Below, piece after piece: positions 26,022 to 35,469 of a stretch of 58,940 bases of DNA. Numbering within the stretch: position 1 is the first letter of the stretch; each line of letters begins with the position of its first letter. The notes under the pieces are model-generated. The model was not told the DNA's origin and searched no databases. It was given only the letters and a program-made list of their open reading frames with translations. Made by a program: the position numbers and the translations under genes. Source of the stretch: an uncultured Candidatus Saccharibacteria bacterium (GTDB lineage Bacteria > Patescibacteriota > Doudnabacteria > UBA920); NCBI GenBank assembly GCA_964384035.1, contig CAYLIB010000002.1, forward strand, positions 101,608 through 160,547, written 5' to 3'.

Positions 26022-28457
26022 ATGACTAAAGCTAAAAAATATTATCATTTACAGGTAGAAAAAAAGTGGCAGAAATTTTGGGAAACCAAAAAATCGTTTG
26101 TTGCTAAAGACACTGTTGCTGGCAAGCAGAACATGTACATATTGGACATGTTTCCATATCCAAGTGGAGCCGGTCTCCATGTAGGGCACCCCGAAGGTTA
26201 TACTGCTACAGATATATTAACTCGCTACTACAGGGCGAAGGGTTTCAATGTGCTCCATCCAATGGGTTGGGACGCTTTTGGGTTACCGGCAGAGAATTAT
26301 GCTATAAAAGTTGGTATACATCCTGAAACTTCTACTAAGAAAAATATCAGACGTTTTACTCAGCAAATAAAGTCTCTTGGTTTCTCCTACGATTGGAGTA
26401 GAGAAATCTCTACCTGTGATCCAGAATACTATAAGTGGACCCAGTGGTTATTCTTAAAATTGTACGAAAAAGGTTTAGCCTATAAAAAAGAAGCTGCAGT
26501 AAATTGGTGTCCGCAGGACCATACTGTGCTCGCAAATGAACAAGTGGTAAATGGTAAATGTGAAAGATGTGGGAGTGAGGTAGTCCAAAAAGAACTTTCG
26601 CAATGGTTTTTTAAGATAACTGATTATGCGGAGAGGCTCCTAAAAGATGTTGAAAGTTTAGACTGGCCAGATCCAATAAAGCACATGCAGAAGAACTGGA
26701 TTGGAAAAAGCGAGGGTATAACCTATACACAGAAAGTTAAGGGTTTAGACGTAACTCTGACTGCGTATGATTCAGTTCCTCAGACATTTATGGCCCAGAC
26801 TTTTGCTGTTATCGCGCCAGAACATCCAATGCTAAAAAAGTTGGTAGAAGGTACAGAACACGAAAAAGTAGTTTTGAAATTTGCTGACAAGATAAAAAAG
26901 AAAAAGCTCGCTCAAAAATTCCAAGTCGACAAAGACATAGAAGGTATTTTTACTGGTAGATTTTTAGATAATCCTTTTGGAACAGGTGATCTTCCTATAT
27001 GGGTAGCTTCTTTTGTAGTTATGGACTATGGTAGTGGTTTTGTGAATTGCAGCGCCCATGATGAGCGTGATTTTGCCTTCGCTAAAAAATACGGAATTCC
27101 ATTAACGCCAGTAATGTTTCCGAAAGATCCTGTTGAAGCAAAAAAAGTAAAGAATTTAGAGTACTGTTACCATCACGCTACTGAAGGAGTTTTAGAGAAA
27201 GCCCCCGAAGGTATTATTGGAATGACTTGGTCCGAGGCTCGTGAACCAATTTTGAAATACTTAGAAAAAAATGGATATGGAAAAAAGTCTACTCAATACA
27301 AGATTCGAGATTGGTTAGTTTCTCGTCAGCGCTACTGGGGTGCGCCTATTCCTATAATTCACTGTGAGAAGTGTGGAGAGCAACCAGTGCCAGAAAAAGA
27401 CCTACCTGTCGTTTTGCCTAAAGATGTAGATTTCAGGCCAACAGGTGAGTCACCCCTCACTAGAAGTAAAAAATTTCACAATGTAAATTGTCCAAAATGT
27501 AAGGGGAAAGCAAGAAGAGATAGTGATACAATGGATACTTTTGTGGATTCCTCTTGGTATTACCTGCGTTATACAGACCCCAATAACAAAAAAACCTTTG
27601 CCGATACTAAAAAAATAGAAAGCTGGTTACCAGTAAATACTTACGTGGGTGGTGCAGAGCATGCTGTATTACACTTACTTTATTCTCGTTTCTTTACCAA
27701 ATTCCTATTTGACCAAGGCTTGGTAAAATTCGAGGAGCCTTTCTTGAAACTCAGAAACCAGGGGTTAATCCTAGGTCCTGATGGTGAAAAAATGAGTAAG
27801 AGTAAGGGAAATGTTATAAACCCAGACGATGTCGTAAAAGAGGTGGGCGCAGATAGCCTTAGGCTTTATGAAATGTTTATGGGCCCACTCGAGGATGCAA
27901 AACCTTGGAGCACGCAGAGTATTAGCGGCGTTAGGAGATTTATAGAGCGAGTATGGGTTTGGGTGCAGACACAAGGAGTTGGTAGTAATAAGACAACAGA
28001 AAAAGCAGATAAAGAACTTCATAAACTAATAAAAAAAGTTACCGAGGATGTTGAGAGTTTACGTTTCAATACAGCCATTTCTTCGTTTATGTCTTTCTTG
28101 AACAATATAAAAGATGAATCTGTAGCAAAAAAGGATATGGTGATATTTTTACAGCTTCTCCATCCTTTTGCTCCCCATGTAACCGAAGAGCTTTACGAGC
28201 TTCTTGGTGGTAAAAAGTCCATACAGTTACTCTCTTGGCCTAGTTATGATCCCAAAAAAGCTACCGATGATGAGGTGGATATTGTTGTTCAAATAAATGG
28301 AAAATTCAGAGACAAAATAAGAATGAGTCCTAACTCTACAGAAGCTCAGGTAAAATTGGAAGTATTAAAGTTAGAAAAAATAAAATCACAGTTGGGTAAT
28401 AACGAACCTAAGAAGACAATATTCGTTCAAGGAAGGCTCATTAATTTCGTACTATAA
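26022..28457 (+). CDS. leuS: Leucine--tRNA ligase
   Basis: HVGHPEGYTATD and KMSKSKGN, plus a CP1 editing domain; 811 aa. Confidence 0.95.
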   Translation: MTKAKKYYHLQVEKKWQKFWETKKSFVAKDTVAGKQNMYILDMFPYPSGAGLHVGHPEGYTATDILTRYYRAKGFNVLHPMGWDAFGLPAENYAIKVGIHPETSTKKNIRRFTQQIKSLGFSYDWSREISTCDPEYYKWTQWLFLKLYEKGLAYKKEAAVNWCPQDHTVLANEQVVNGKCERCGSEVVQKELSQWFFKITDYAERLLKDVESLDWPDPIKHMQKNWIGKSEGITYTQKVKGLDVTLTAYDSVPQTFMAQTFAVIAPEHPMLKKLVEGTEHEKVVLKFADKIKKKKLAQKFQVDKDIEGIFTGRFLDNPFGTGDLPIWVASFVVMDYGSGFVNCSAHDERDFAFAKKYGIPLTPVMFPKDPVEAKKVKNLEYCYHHATEGVLEKAPEGIIGMTWSEAREPILKYLEKNGYGKKSTQYKIRDWLVSRQRYWGAPIPIIHCEKCGEQPVPEKDLPVVLPKDVDFRPTGESPLTRSKKFHNVNCPKCKGKARRDSDTMDTFVDSSWYYLRYTDPNNKKTFADTKKIESWLPVNTYVGGAEHAVLHLLYSRFFTKFLFDQGLVKFEEPFLKLRNQGLILGPDGEKMSKSKGNVINPDDVVKEVGADSLRLYEMFMGPLEDAKPWSTQSISGVRRFIERVWVWVQTQGVGSNKTTEKADKELHKLIKKVTEDVESLRFNTAISSFMSFLNNIKDESVAKKDMVIFLQLLHPFAPHVTEELYELLGGKKSIQLLSWPSYDPKKATDDEVDIVVQINGKFRDKIRMSPNSTEAQVKLEVLKLEKIKSQLGNNEPKKTIFVQGRLINFVL

Positions 28458-28463
28458 AATAAA

Positions 28464-28883
28464 ATGAAAATTGTATTAAAAGACGGTAGAAGATATGTTC
28501 TATCTTTTAAGCTGGGAGAGGATTATATAACTGAACTAAGATCCTTTTTATTAGATCAAAATATTAATTCTGCTTTTTTCTTCGGAATTGGCGGGGCCTC
28601 ATTTCTCCAGCTTGGTTTTTATAATTCAGATTCGAAGAACTACGATCTTAAAGAGTATAGAGGTTCTTTCGAGGTGCTTAATTTATCGGGGAATGTAAGT
28701 ACTAGCAACGGCGAGATTGTTATCCATTCACACGGCTCATTTAGTGGAGAAGATATGCTGGCTTTTGGAGGGCATGTCTTTGGGTTAAAAGTAAAGCCTA
28801 CATTAGAACTAAGCTTAATTTCACTTGAAGGAAGTATGGAAAGAACGCAGGACCCGGAAATAGGTTTGAAACTATTAGGTTAG
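28464..28883 (+). CDS. PPC (DUF296)-like domain protein
   Basis: Resembles the PPC domain pattern (GEIVIHSHGSFS...FGGHV). Recognised from memory only. Confidence 0.4.
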   Translation: MKIVLKDGRRYVLSFKLGEDYITELRSFLLDQNINSAFFFGIGGASFLQLGFYNSDSKNYDLKEYRGSFEVLNLSGNVSTSNGEIVIHSHGSFSGEDMLAFGGHVFGLKVKPTLELSLISLEGSMERTQDPEIGLKLLG

Positions 28884-28932
28884 TAGATTTTTCAAAATCA
28901 AAAAGTTAGTCAACGTACTGTATACTATTTAT

Positions 28933-29583
28933 ATGGAAGTTATTAAATATAGTTTAAAAAATCACAAAAAAATAATATCGCAAATTACTGAAGCTTTAAG
29001 AGAAGGAAAAGTTGTCGCATATCCAACAGATACTAGTTATGGGCTCGCTGTAGATATTTCAAACCAGGAAGCGCTTAAGAGGCTTTATAAAATTAAAGAA
29101 AGACAGAAAACTCAACCTATACATATTTTAGTGCCCAGTATTTCTTATGCTAAAGAAATAGTTAATTGGGACGAGCAAATCGAAAAGTTTGCAAATAAAT
29201 ACTGGCCTGGTCCACTTACTTTAGTATTAAAACTAAAGAGTCGTGAGAAGGTTTATAAAACTCTCTCTGGTAACACTGGATTTTTAGGTGTAAGGATGTC
29301 TAAAAGTAAAATTTCTCAAGATATAGTAGCGTCTCTTGGTTCACCAATTACTACAACCAGTGCTAATCCTTCAAAACATATTAGTGGTGGTAAAGATAGT
29401 TACTCAGGAGAAGAGGTATTTAGGCAATTTGAAAAGCAAAAGCATAAACCAGATTTAATTCTCGATGCAGGTAAGTTAGTTAAAACAAAACCATCAACCT
29501 TAGTCAAAATAGATGGACAGATTTATGAAATTCTAAGAGTTGGTCCCATTAAAGAAACAGAAATAAAAAAATTCTGGAAATAA
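28933..29583 (+). CDS. tsaC: L-threonylcarbamoyladenylate synthase (TsaC/YrdC family)
   Basis: VVAYPTDTSYGLAVD, YWPGPLTLVL and TTSANPS. Confidence 0.85.
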   Translation: MEVIKYSLKNHKKIISQITEALREGKVVAYPTDTSYGLAVDISNQEALKRLYKIKERQKTQPIHILVPSISYAKEIVNWDEQIEKFANKYWPGPLTLVLKLKSREKVYKTLSGNTGFLGVRMSKSKISQDIVASLGSPITTTSANPSKHISGGKDSYSGEEVFRQFEKQKHKPDLILDAGKLVKTKPSTLVKIDGQIYEILRVGPIKETEIKKFWK

Positions 29584-29587
29584 AAAT

Positions 29588-30730
29588 ATGAAATTAAGTC
29601 TGCCACATTATTTCTCGCGCAGGCTATCTCTGCAAATAGAAGAGCTCTACGCGGCAACCGCGATAGGTGATTTAGGTGTATCCATAATGCTCCTTTTCGA
29701 GCCAATTTTCTTATTTACCGTTCTTAATTTCACCATTCAGCAGGTGCTTTGGTATTACGCTCTAGTGTACTTTTGCTATGCCTTGTTTATTCCCATCGGC
29801 GCTCGCATAGTAAGCGTATCTGGTTATTATCATGGAATCTTCTATAGTACTTTCTTTATGATTGGTTATTGGTTGTTGTTATATAACAGTACCAATTACA
29901 ACTATTTAATATGGTTAGCTCCTGTGGTATTAGCTATGACTAAATCACTATACTGGCCAGCTTTCCATGCAAGTATAAGTAGGTTCGCAGGGCAGCATCA
30001 GAAGGGTAGAGAATTTTCTGCATTGTACGCCATTGTAAATCTCACAAGGATCGCAGGGCCGTTTATTGGTGGGTTAGTTGGTTCTTATTATGGACTACAG
30101 GGAAGTTTACTGCTTGCTTCTGTAATTTATTTTTGCTCTTTTATTCCTCTCTTTATAAGGAAAGAAGAGTTTGTGCCTAAGCCATACCAGTATAAGTGGA
30201 CTTTGGAAATGTATAAAAAATACCCTAAGAAGTTTTTAGGTTATTTGGGTTTTGGAGAAGAACTAATTGTTTTAACTATCTGGCCTATATTTATTTACAC
30301 CATAGTTAAAACCTTTGAGGGGACTGGATTACTCGCAACTCTCTCAACGCTTGTTGCAACTGTACTGGCTCTTTATTTAGGTAAAATTACCGATACGAAA
30401 AGTAAGGGTATGCTAATTAAAATAGGAGCCTTTATGACCTCACTTGTTTACTTAGCTAGATTTATGGTAAATGGTTACACTAGTATCTTTGCCGTAGACG
30501 CGCTTTCAAGAACTAGTAAGGATATCGTTTTTATACCTCTCTCGGCAGTAACTTACGAAAGAGCAGAATCAACGCATATAATGCCGTACGTTGTTTTCTT
30601 TGAGCAAAGTCTGGCCATAGGTAAGCTCCTTGCGTGTCTTTTAGGTATCATTTTATTCGGAATGACCGGAAGCTTCCTCGCAGTCTTCCTACTGGCTGCC
30701 ATTTTTAGTCTTTTGTATATGTTGATCTAG
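29588..30730 (+). CDS. Multi-pass membrane protein, MFS-like
   Basis: About 11-12 hydrophobic helices; no sharp motif. Confidence 0.5.
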   Translation: MKLSLPHYFSRRLSLQIEELYAATAIGDLGVSIMLLFEPIFLFTVLNFTIQQVLWYYALVYFCYALFIPIGARIVSVSGYYHGIFYSTFFMIGYWLLLYNSTNYNYLIWLAPVVLAMTKSLYWPAFHASISRFAGQHQKGREFSALYAIVNLTRIAGPFIGGLVGSYYGLQGSLLLASVIYFCSFIPLFIRKEEFVPKPYQYKWTLEMYKKYPKKFLGYLGFGEELIVLTIWPIFIYTIVKTFEGTGLLATLSTLVATVLALYLGKITDTKSKGMLIKIGAFMTSLVYLARFMVNGYTSIFAVDALSRTSKDIVFIPLSAVTYERAESTHIMPYVVFFEQSLAIGKLLACLLGIILFGMTGSFLAVFLLAAIFSLLYMLI

Positions 30731-30766
30731 ATTATTTAATTTTAGGGTCTTTGGATGGTATACTAA

Positions 30767-30790
30767 CTCTATGCGAATAGAGCTTTTTTT
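30767..30790 (+). terminator. Intrinsic terminator
   Basis: ctctat-gcga-atagag followed by cttttttt. Confidence 0.65.
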
Positions 30791-30910
30791 ATTACAATCC
30801 CGCGGTTTCCTCTGGTAAACCAACCCTAGTTTTCCCCGTCACCCTTTACTTGTCCTCCGTAGCTTTAGCGAAGGGGGATTCTCTATTCTTCATTCTTCAT
30901 TACAAATCCC

Positions 30911-32236
30911 ATGAACTACAATACCATCCAAACCCAAGACCCAGAAATTTACGAACTCATTAAAAAGGAAGAAATCCGTCAAAAAGAAGGTCTTGAGCTT
31001 ATTCCTTCAGAAAATTACACATCTAAAGCCGTCCTCGAGGCCAATGGAAGCATTTTTACTAACAAGTATTCCGAAGGGTACCCTGGTAAACGGTACTATG
31101 GAGGAAACTTTATAGTCGATCAGCTAGAAACCCTTTGCCAAAAAAGAGCACAAGAGGTTTTTGGGGCAGGAGAGTACAGGGTAAATGTTCAACCTTATTC
31201 CGGAAGCCCTGCCAATATTGCAGTCTACAATGCACTCTTAGAATTCGGAGACACGGTATTATCCCTTGAACTTGCACAAGGTGGGCATTTAACACATGGT
31301 TCTCCAGTAAACTTTTCTGGTCGTGCGTTTAATTTTATTCACTATCCACTCAACCCAGAGACAGAACAAATAGATTACGAAGTAGTAGAAAAGTTAGCAC
31401 TCGAACATAAGCCTAAGATTATTCTTTCAGGATTTACCGCTTACCCAAGAAAAATAGATTTTGCTAAATTCCACGAGATTGCAAAAAAAGTTGGTGCTAT
31501 TTCAATGGCCGATATTTCGCATATTTCAGGGCTCATTGCCGGTGAGGTACACGTAAGTCCCTTTCCTTTCACAGACATAGTAACCACAACTACTCATAAA
31601 ACACTCAGGGGCCCTAGAGCTGCAATGATATTTAGCAAATCAGAATTTGCGGACAAAATAGATAAAGCAATTTTCCCAGGCTCTCAAGGTGGTCCACACG
31701 AACACACTATTGCAGGCATAGCAGTAGCTTTAAAAGAAGCAAAGGAAGAAAGCTTTAAAACATACGCAGAACAAATTGTAAAAAACACCCAGGTCTTAGC
31801 AGAGTCTCTAGCTTCAGACGAGATAAAGCTTGTCTCTGGTGGGAGCGACAACCATCTTCTCCTTGTCGATCTGAGGGCCTATGGTCCAAGCAAAGGTATA
31901 TTCATAGAAAAAGCATTAGATGCCGCCCATATTACCGTAAATAAAAATACTGTACCTGGAGATACAGCAAGTCCCTTCTATCCATCTGGAATAAGACTGG
32001 GTACTCCAGCTCTAACGACTAGGGGTATGAAAGAATCCGAGATGCAAGTCGTAGGAAAATTAATTTCAAGAATAATAAAAGAATTTGCTACAACAGAACT
32101 ACCAGATGACAAAACCGTAAGAATGGAAAAAATTAAGTCATTTGAAAATTTATTATTATCCCACGAAACAATTTTAGGAGTTAAGAAAGAAGTTATAGAA
32201 TTAACCAAAAATTTCCCTGTCCCAGGGATAGAATAA
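30911..32236 (+). CDS. glyA: Serine hydroxymethyltransferase
   Basis: LIPSENYTS, GYPGKRYYGG and TTTTHKTLRGPR (PLP lysine). Confidence 0.95.
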   Translation: MNYNTIQTQDPEIYELIKKEEIRQKEGLELIPSENYTSKAVLEANGSIFTNKYSEGYPGKRYYGGNFIVDQLETLCQKRAQEVFGAGEYRVNVQPYSGSPANIAVYNALLEFGDTVLSLELAQGGHLTHGSPVNFSGRAFNFIHYPLNPETEQIDYEVVEKLALEHKPKIILSGFTAYPRKIDFAKFHEIAKKVGAISMADISHISGLIAGEVHVSPFPFTDIVTTTTHKTLRGPRAAMIFSKSEFADKIDKAIFPGSQGGPHEHTIAGIAVALKEAKEESFKTYAEQIVKNTQVLAESLASDEIKLVSGGSDNHLLLVDLRAYGPSKGIFIEKALDAAHITVNKNTVPGDTASPFYPSGIRLGTPALTTRGMKESEMQVVGKLISRIIKEFATTELPDDKTVRMEKIKSFENLLLSHETILGVKKEVIELTKNFPVPGIE

Positions 32237-32240
32237 AAAA

Positions 32241-32582
32241 ATGAAGCAAGGCAAAATTCCCAAAAATTTTGGAATACCTGAGGTGGACAATACACCCCTA
32301 GGGTTAGTTAGTATGGAAGGTCAATTATACCGCGGTCTTTCTAATCGCGCTTTCAGAAATCCATTTTTCCGCATGGTGGGTGTGGTTTTTGCCTTAGTAT
32401 TTTTGGTTGCTCCCGGGTTAGGGGCAATTTATGCGGGTTTAGAGTACGAAAACCCAATATGGGGAGAGTCACCATTGGTAATAGCAATTATCCAGGTGGG
32501 TGTAGGTTTAGTATTTTTTATCGCAGGTCTCAGAATAATCTATAATCTACTCGTGCAGTCAAAAAGTGAAACTACAAATTAA
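32241..32582 (+). CDS. Hypothetical small membrane protein
   Basis: Two hydrophobic helices; 113 aa. Confidence 0.45.
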   Translation: MKQGKIPKNFGIPEVDNTPLGLVSMEGQLYRGLSNRAFRNPFFRMVGVVFALVFLVAPGLGAIYAGLEYENPIWGESPLVIAIIQVGVGLVFFIAGLRIIYNLLVQSKSETTN

Positions 32583-33391
32583 TGACAATAATTCAAGCAT
32601 TAATTCTAGGGTTAGTTCAGGGTCTTGGTGAATTTTTGCCAATATCTTCTTCTGCACATTTAATTCTTGTGCCATGGTTTTTTGGTTGGAAAGACCCTGG
32701 ACTTGGTTTCGATCTTGCGCTTCATTGGGGAACTCTTCTTGCCGTATTTATCTATTTTAGAACAGATATCATAAATATTATTCGAGGTTTTTTACATAGT
32801 CTAAGAAAATCCACTCGAGATTTTGAAGGAAATATTTACCAAAAACTCTCTTGGTATTTACTGATAGCAACAATCCCTGGTGCAATAATAGGTAAGTTGC
32901 TTGAAGAAAAAGTTGAGACTGTTTTTAGAAATCCTTTGTTAATCGCGGCAACTTTGAGTCTCGCTGGTATTCTACTCTGGTTAGTAGACTCAGCAAGTAA
33001 AAAAGAAAAAAACTTAAACCGTATCACATGGAAAGACTCTCTTGTTATAGGTTTATCCCAAGCAACGGCAATTATCCCCGGTATTTCGAGAAGTGGTGCA
33101 ACTATGATATCTGCTCTGGGTCTAAAGTTTAAAAGAGAAGATGCCGCAAGGTTTAGTTTTCTTCTCTCAATTCCAATTATTCTAGGGGCAGGGCTTTCTA
33201 AAATAAAAGAAATAGGTTCAGCATCAGGGAATCCAGAATTGATAATTGGTTTTTTTGCTTCTGCAGTATCGGGTTTCTTCGCAATAAAGTATTTACTGAA
33301 ATATATTTCTAAAAAAGATTTTAGAGTCTTCGTTTGGTACCGAATAGCTTTAGCGGTTATAATATTATTAGTCTATTATGTAAGACACTAA
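32582..33391 (+). CDS. uppP: Undecaprenyl-diphosphate phosphatase (BacA/UppP)
   Basis: GLVQGLGEFLPISSSAHL and PGISRSGAT motifs. Confidence 0.92.
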   Translation: MTIIQALILGLVQGLGEFLPISSSAHLILVPWFFGWKDPGLGFDLALHWGTLLAVFIYFRTDIINIIRGFLHSLRKSTRDFEGNIYQKLSWYLLIATIPGAIIGKLLEEKVETVFRNPLLIAATLSLAGILLWLVDSASKKEKNLNRITWKDSLVIGLSQATAIIPGISRSGATMISALGLKFKREDAARFSFLLSIPIILGAGLSKIKEIGSASGNPELIIGFFASAVSGFFAIKYLLKYISKKDFRVFVWYRIALAVIILLVYYVRH

Positions 33392-33394
33392 AAT

Positions 33395-33934
33395 ATGTGG
33401 ACCAGAAAATGGTTCTTAGAAACACAAAATAAAATTACAAATTCCGCATTGTTAAGAGTAACGCTTCAGTGTTTGGCATTTTATGGTCTCGTTCCTTATT
33501 TTGCTTTTGGGGTGTGGCTATTTTATTCTGGCCAGATTATCCCATTCTATTTTTTAGGAATAACGGCATCCATAGCTCGGTTCATATCCTCGCCAGTCTT
33601 GGAAACATTAATAACCAGGCAAAGACCATATCAGAAGCATCACTTTAAACCACAAGAATCAAAATTTTTTTCGAGAGTACGGCGGAGTTACGACTCTTTC
33701 CCTTCAGACCACACAGCATTTCTATTCTCGCTATCGCTCGGTATAGCTCTTTGGTATCCTGTGCTGGGTATTGTCTCGGCAGTACTCGCAATCTTAGTAG
33801 GCTTAAGTAGGGTAGCTTTAGGTTATCATTATTTATCAGACATATTAGGGGGTATTTTAGTTGGCATTACTAGTTATTACATAACTTTTTACTTCTTCAA
33901 TAACTATGTTTTAATTCAAACTATCGCACCATAA
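33395..33934 (+). CDS. PAP2 family lipid phosphatase, paralog 1
   Basis: KxxxxxxRP (TRQRPY), SFPSDH and SRVALGYHYLSD motifs. Confidence 0.8.
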   Translation: MWTRKWFLETQNKITNSALLRVTLQCLAFYGLVPYFAFGVWLFYSGQIIPFYFLGITASIARFISSPVLETLITRQRPYQKHHFKPQESKFFSRVRRSYDSFPSDHTAFLFSLSLGIALWYPVLGIVSAVLAILVGLSRVALGYHYLSDILGGILVGITSYYITFYFFNNYVLIQTIAP

Positions 33935-33941
33935 AGTATAG

Positions 33942-34463
33942 ATGAAAAACTTTTTTTTATCCCAACAAAAGAAAATAAATAAATCCTTTTTATATAGAGA
34001 GCTTTTAGTTCTCTTTGCAGCATATGCTATTGTTTTCTATTCCCTAGCCGTAGCATGGCACGCTTACCACAACAAAAGTATGTTATTTTTGGGGATATTA
34101 ATAATAGTAATTCTTTTTTCAAGGTTTGTGGTTAGTGAATTTATCCACCGACTCACAAAAAGAGCTAGGCCATACCAAAAATACGGATTCAAGCCAGTCG
34201 AATCTATTCTTTTCACCTTCCGCCACAAACAACACGATTCCTTCCCTTCGGACCACGAACTAATAATGACCTTTAGTGCAGTAGCCATGTACCAAATCTG
34301 GCCTAGATTAGCTTTAGCGGCTTTAATTATAGGCCCGTTAATGGGGTTAGCCAGAGTAGCTTTAGGATTTCATTATATAACCGATTTATTAGGAGGTATT
34401 ACCTTAGGTATAATTCTGGGATTAATTTTCAATGTGCTAATTGTTACACCTTACTTTACCTAA
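33942..34463 (+). CDS. PAP2 family lipid phosphatase, paralog 2
   Basis: KRARPY, SFPSDH and ARVALGFHYITD motifs. Confidence 0.8.
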   Translation: MKNFFLSQQKKINKSFLYRELLVLFAAYAIVFYSLAVAWHAYHNKSMLFLGILIIVILFSRFVVSEFIHRLTKRARPYQKYGFKPVESILFTFRHKQHDSFPSDHELIMTFSAVAMYQIWPRLALAALIIGPLMGLARVALGFHYITDLLGGITLGIILGLIFNVLIVTPYFT

Positions 34464-34512
34464 CTTGAAAATGAATATAAAATACTCTAGTCCTTGATTG
34501 CTGTTAAAAAAT

Positions 34513-34572
34513 GAGGATTTTCTGAAACATAGTGAGCCTTTGTGATTTTAAGGCGAACGGGTTGAAGAAAAA
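34513..34572 (+). repeat. 60-nt direct repeat, copy 1
   Basis: gaggattttctgaaacatagtgagcctttgtgattttaaggcgaacgggttgaagaaaaa, identical to 34667-34726. Confidence 0.9.
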
Positions 34573-34666
34573 AACAGGGGTCCCCAAATAGCTTGATTAC
34601 TTAAGTGTTTTAAAAAGATTTGAAAAGTCTTTTTAAAACTATAGCAATAAGGTATTTGGGGCTAGC

Positions 34667-34726
34667 GAGGATTTTCTGAAACATAGTGAGCCTTTGTGAT
34701 TTTAAGGCGAACGGGTTGAAGAAAAA
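34667..34726 (+). repeat. 60-nt direct repeat, copy 2 (ends 6 nt before tRNA-Leu)
   Basis: Perfect identity with 34513-34572. Confidence 0.9.
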
Positions 34727-34732
34727 CGAAGC

Positions 34733-34819
34733 GCCGGTGTGGCGGAACTGGCATACGCTCGCGACTCAAAATCGCGCGCCCGTAAGGGATTGTGGGTTCA
34801 ACTCCCACCACCGGCACCA
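34733..34819 (+). tRNA. tRNA-Leu(CAA), class II, CCA encoded
   Basis: Acceptor gccggtg/caccggc, D region tggcggaactggcatacgc, anticodon stem cgcga/tcgcg, loop ctCAAaa, long variable arm (ccc-gtaa-ggg), T arm gtggg-ttcaact-cccac, A73, CCA. Confidence 0.9.
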
Positions 34820-34823
34820 AAAA

Positions 34824-34851
34824 ACAACTTCTTCTTTAGAAGTTGTTTTTT
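34824..34851 (+). terminator. Intrinsic terminator after tRNA-Leu
   Basis: acaacttct-tcttt-agaagttgt followed by ttttt. Confidence 0.75.
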
Positions 34852-34878
34852 ATTTAATATGAGTGCAAACTTACTTAT

Positions 34879-35115
34879 ATGAATAGCAAAATCAACATAC
34901 CTAAGCGAATCGCAGAATCCAAGTTAAGTAGGGGGTATAAGGTATTTTTTCTTATCCTGATACCGTTAGTCTATTTTATTATTCCTATTGACTTAGACTT
35001 TATTGGTTGGTTATTACCACCTAGTATTCCTCTGGTATTAGCAGATGATGCGATGCTAGCAGTTTATTGTTTTTGGTTGATACTAAAAATATATAAATCT
35101 CCTAACAAGGCTTGA
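34879..35115 (+). CDS. Hypothetical small membrane protein
   Basis: 78 aa, two hydrophobic segments. Confidence 0.4.
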   Translation: MNSKINIPKRIAESKLSRGYKVFFLILIPLVYFIIPIDLDFIGWLLPPSIPLVLADDAMLAVYCFWLILKIYKSPNKA

Positions 35116-35176
35116 TTTTTTATTAAAAAAATGTTATAAAGCTTCTTGTTTCTAAATAATAACAGGAGGTTACGCT

Positions 35177-35440
35177 ATGAATTGTTTGAGGCCATTCTTT
35201 AGAAAGTTAAAGGATGAATTACTTCAAATTAGTAGAATAATAGATCAATTTTTTCAAAGAGTCGATTTGCAAAATAAAATAGCCGGTGCCTCTTGTTCGG
35301 ATGCTGAGATTGAATTGTTAGTCATTTCATACTGCAAGAAATACGATCCAGACATACAGCAAGATGCAACTATTGAACTCATAACCCAACTTATCAACCA
35401 GAGACCCGAACTCTATCATACCCTTATGTGTGGAAGTTAA
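35177..35440 (+). CDS. Hypothetical small protein
   Basis: AGGAGG lies 7 nt upstream of the ATG; 87 aa; no motif. Confidence 0.45.
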   Translation: MNCLRPFFRKLKDELLQISRIIDQFFQRVDLQNKIAGASCSDAEIELLVISYCKKYDPDIQQDATIELITQLINQRPELYHTLMCGS

Positions 35441-35469
35441 TGTTTCCATGCATGGAGAGTGAGGTAATA

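Noticed and set aside
30791-30910. ZTP, THF or glycine riboswitch upstream of glyA
   Set aside because: The conserved cores as I remember them are absent on either strand: ccgcctggg for the ZTP 3' subdomain, ggagag...caccgaagggg for glycine, and the THF pseudoknot core.
34513-34726. CRISPR array
   Set aside because: There are only two copies of a 60-nt repeat with a single 94-nt palindromic spacer. No further repeats and no cas genes are in the window.
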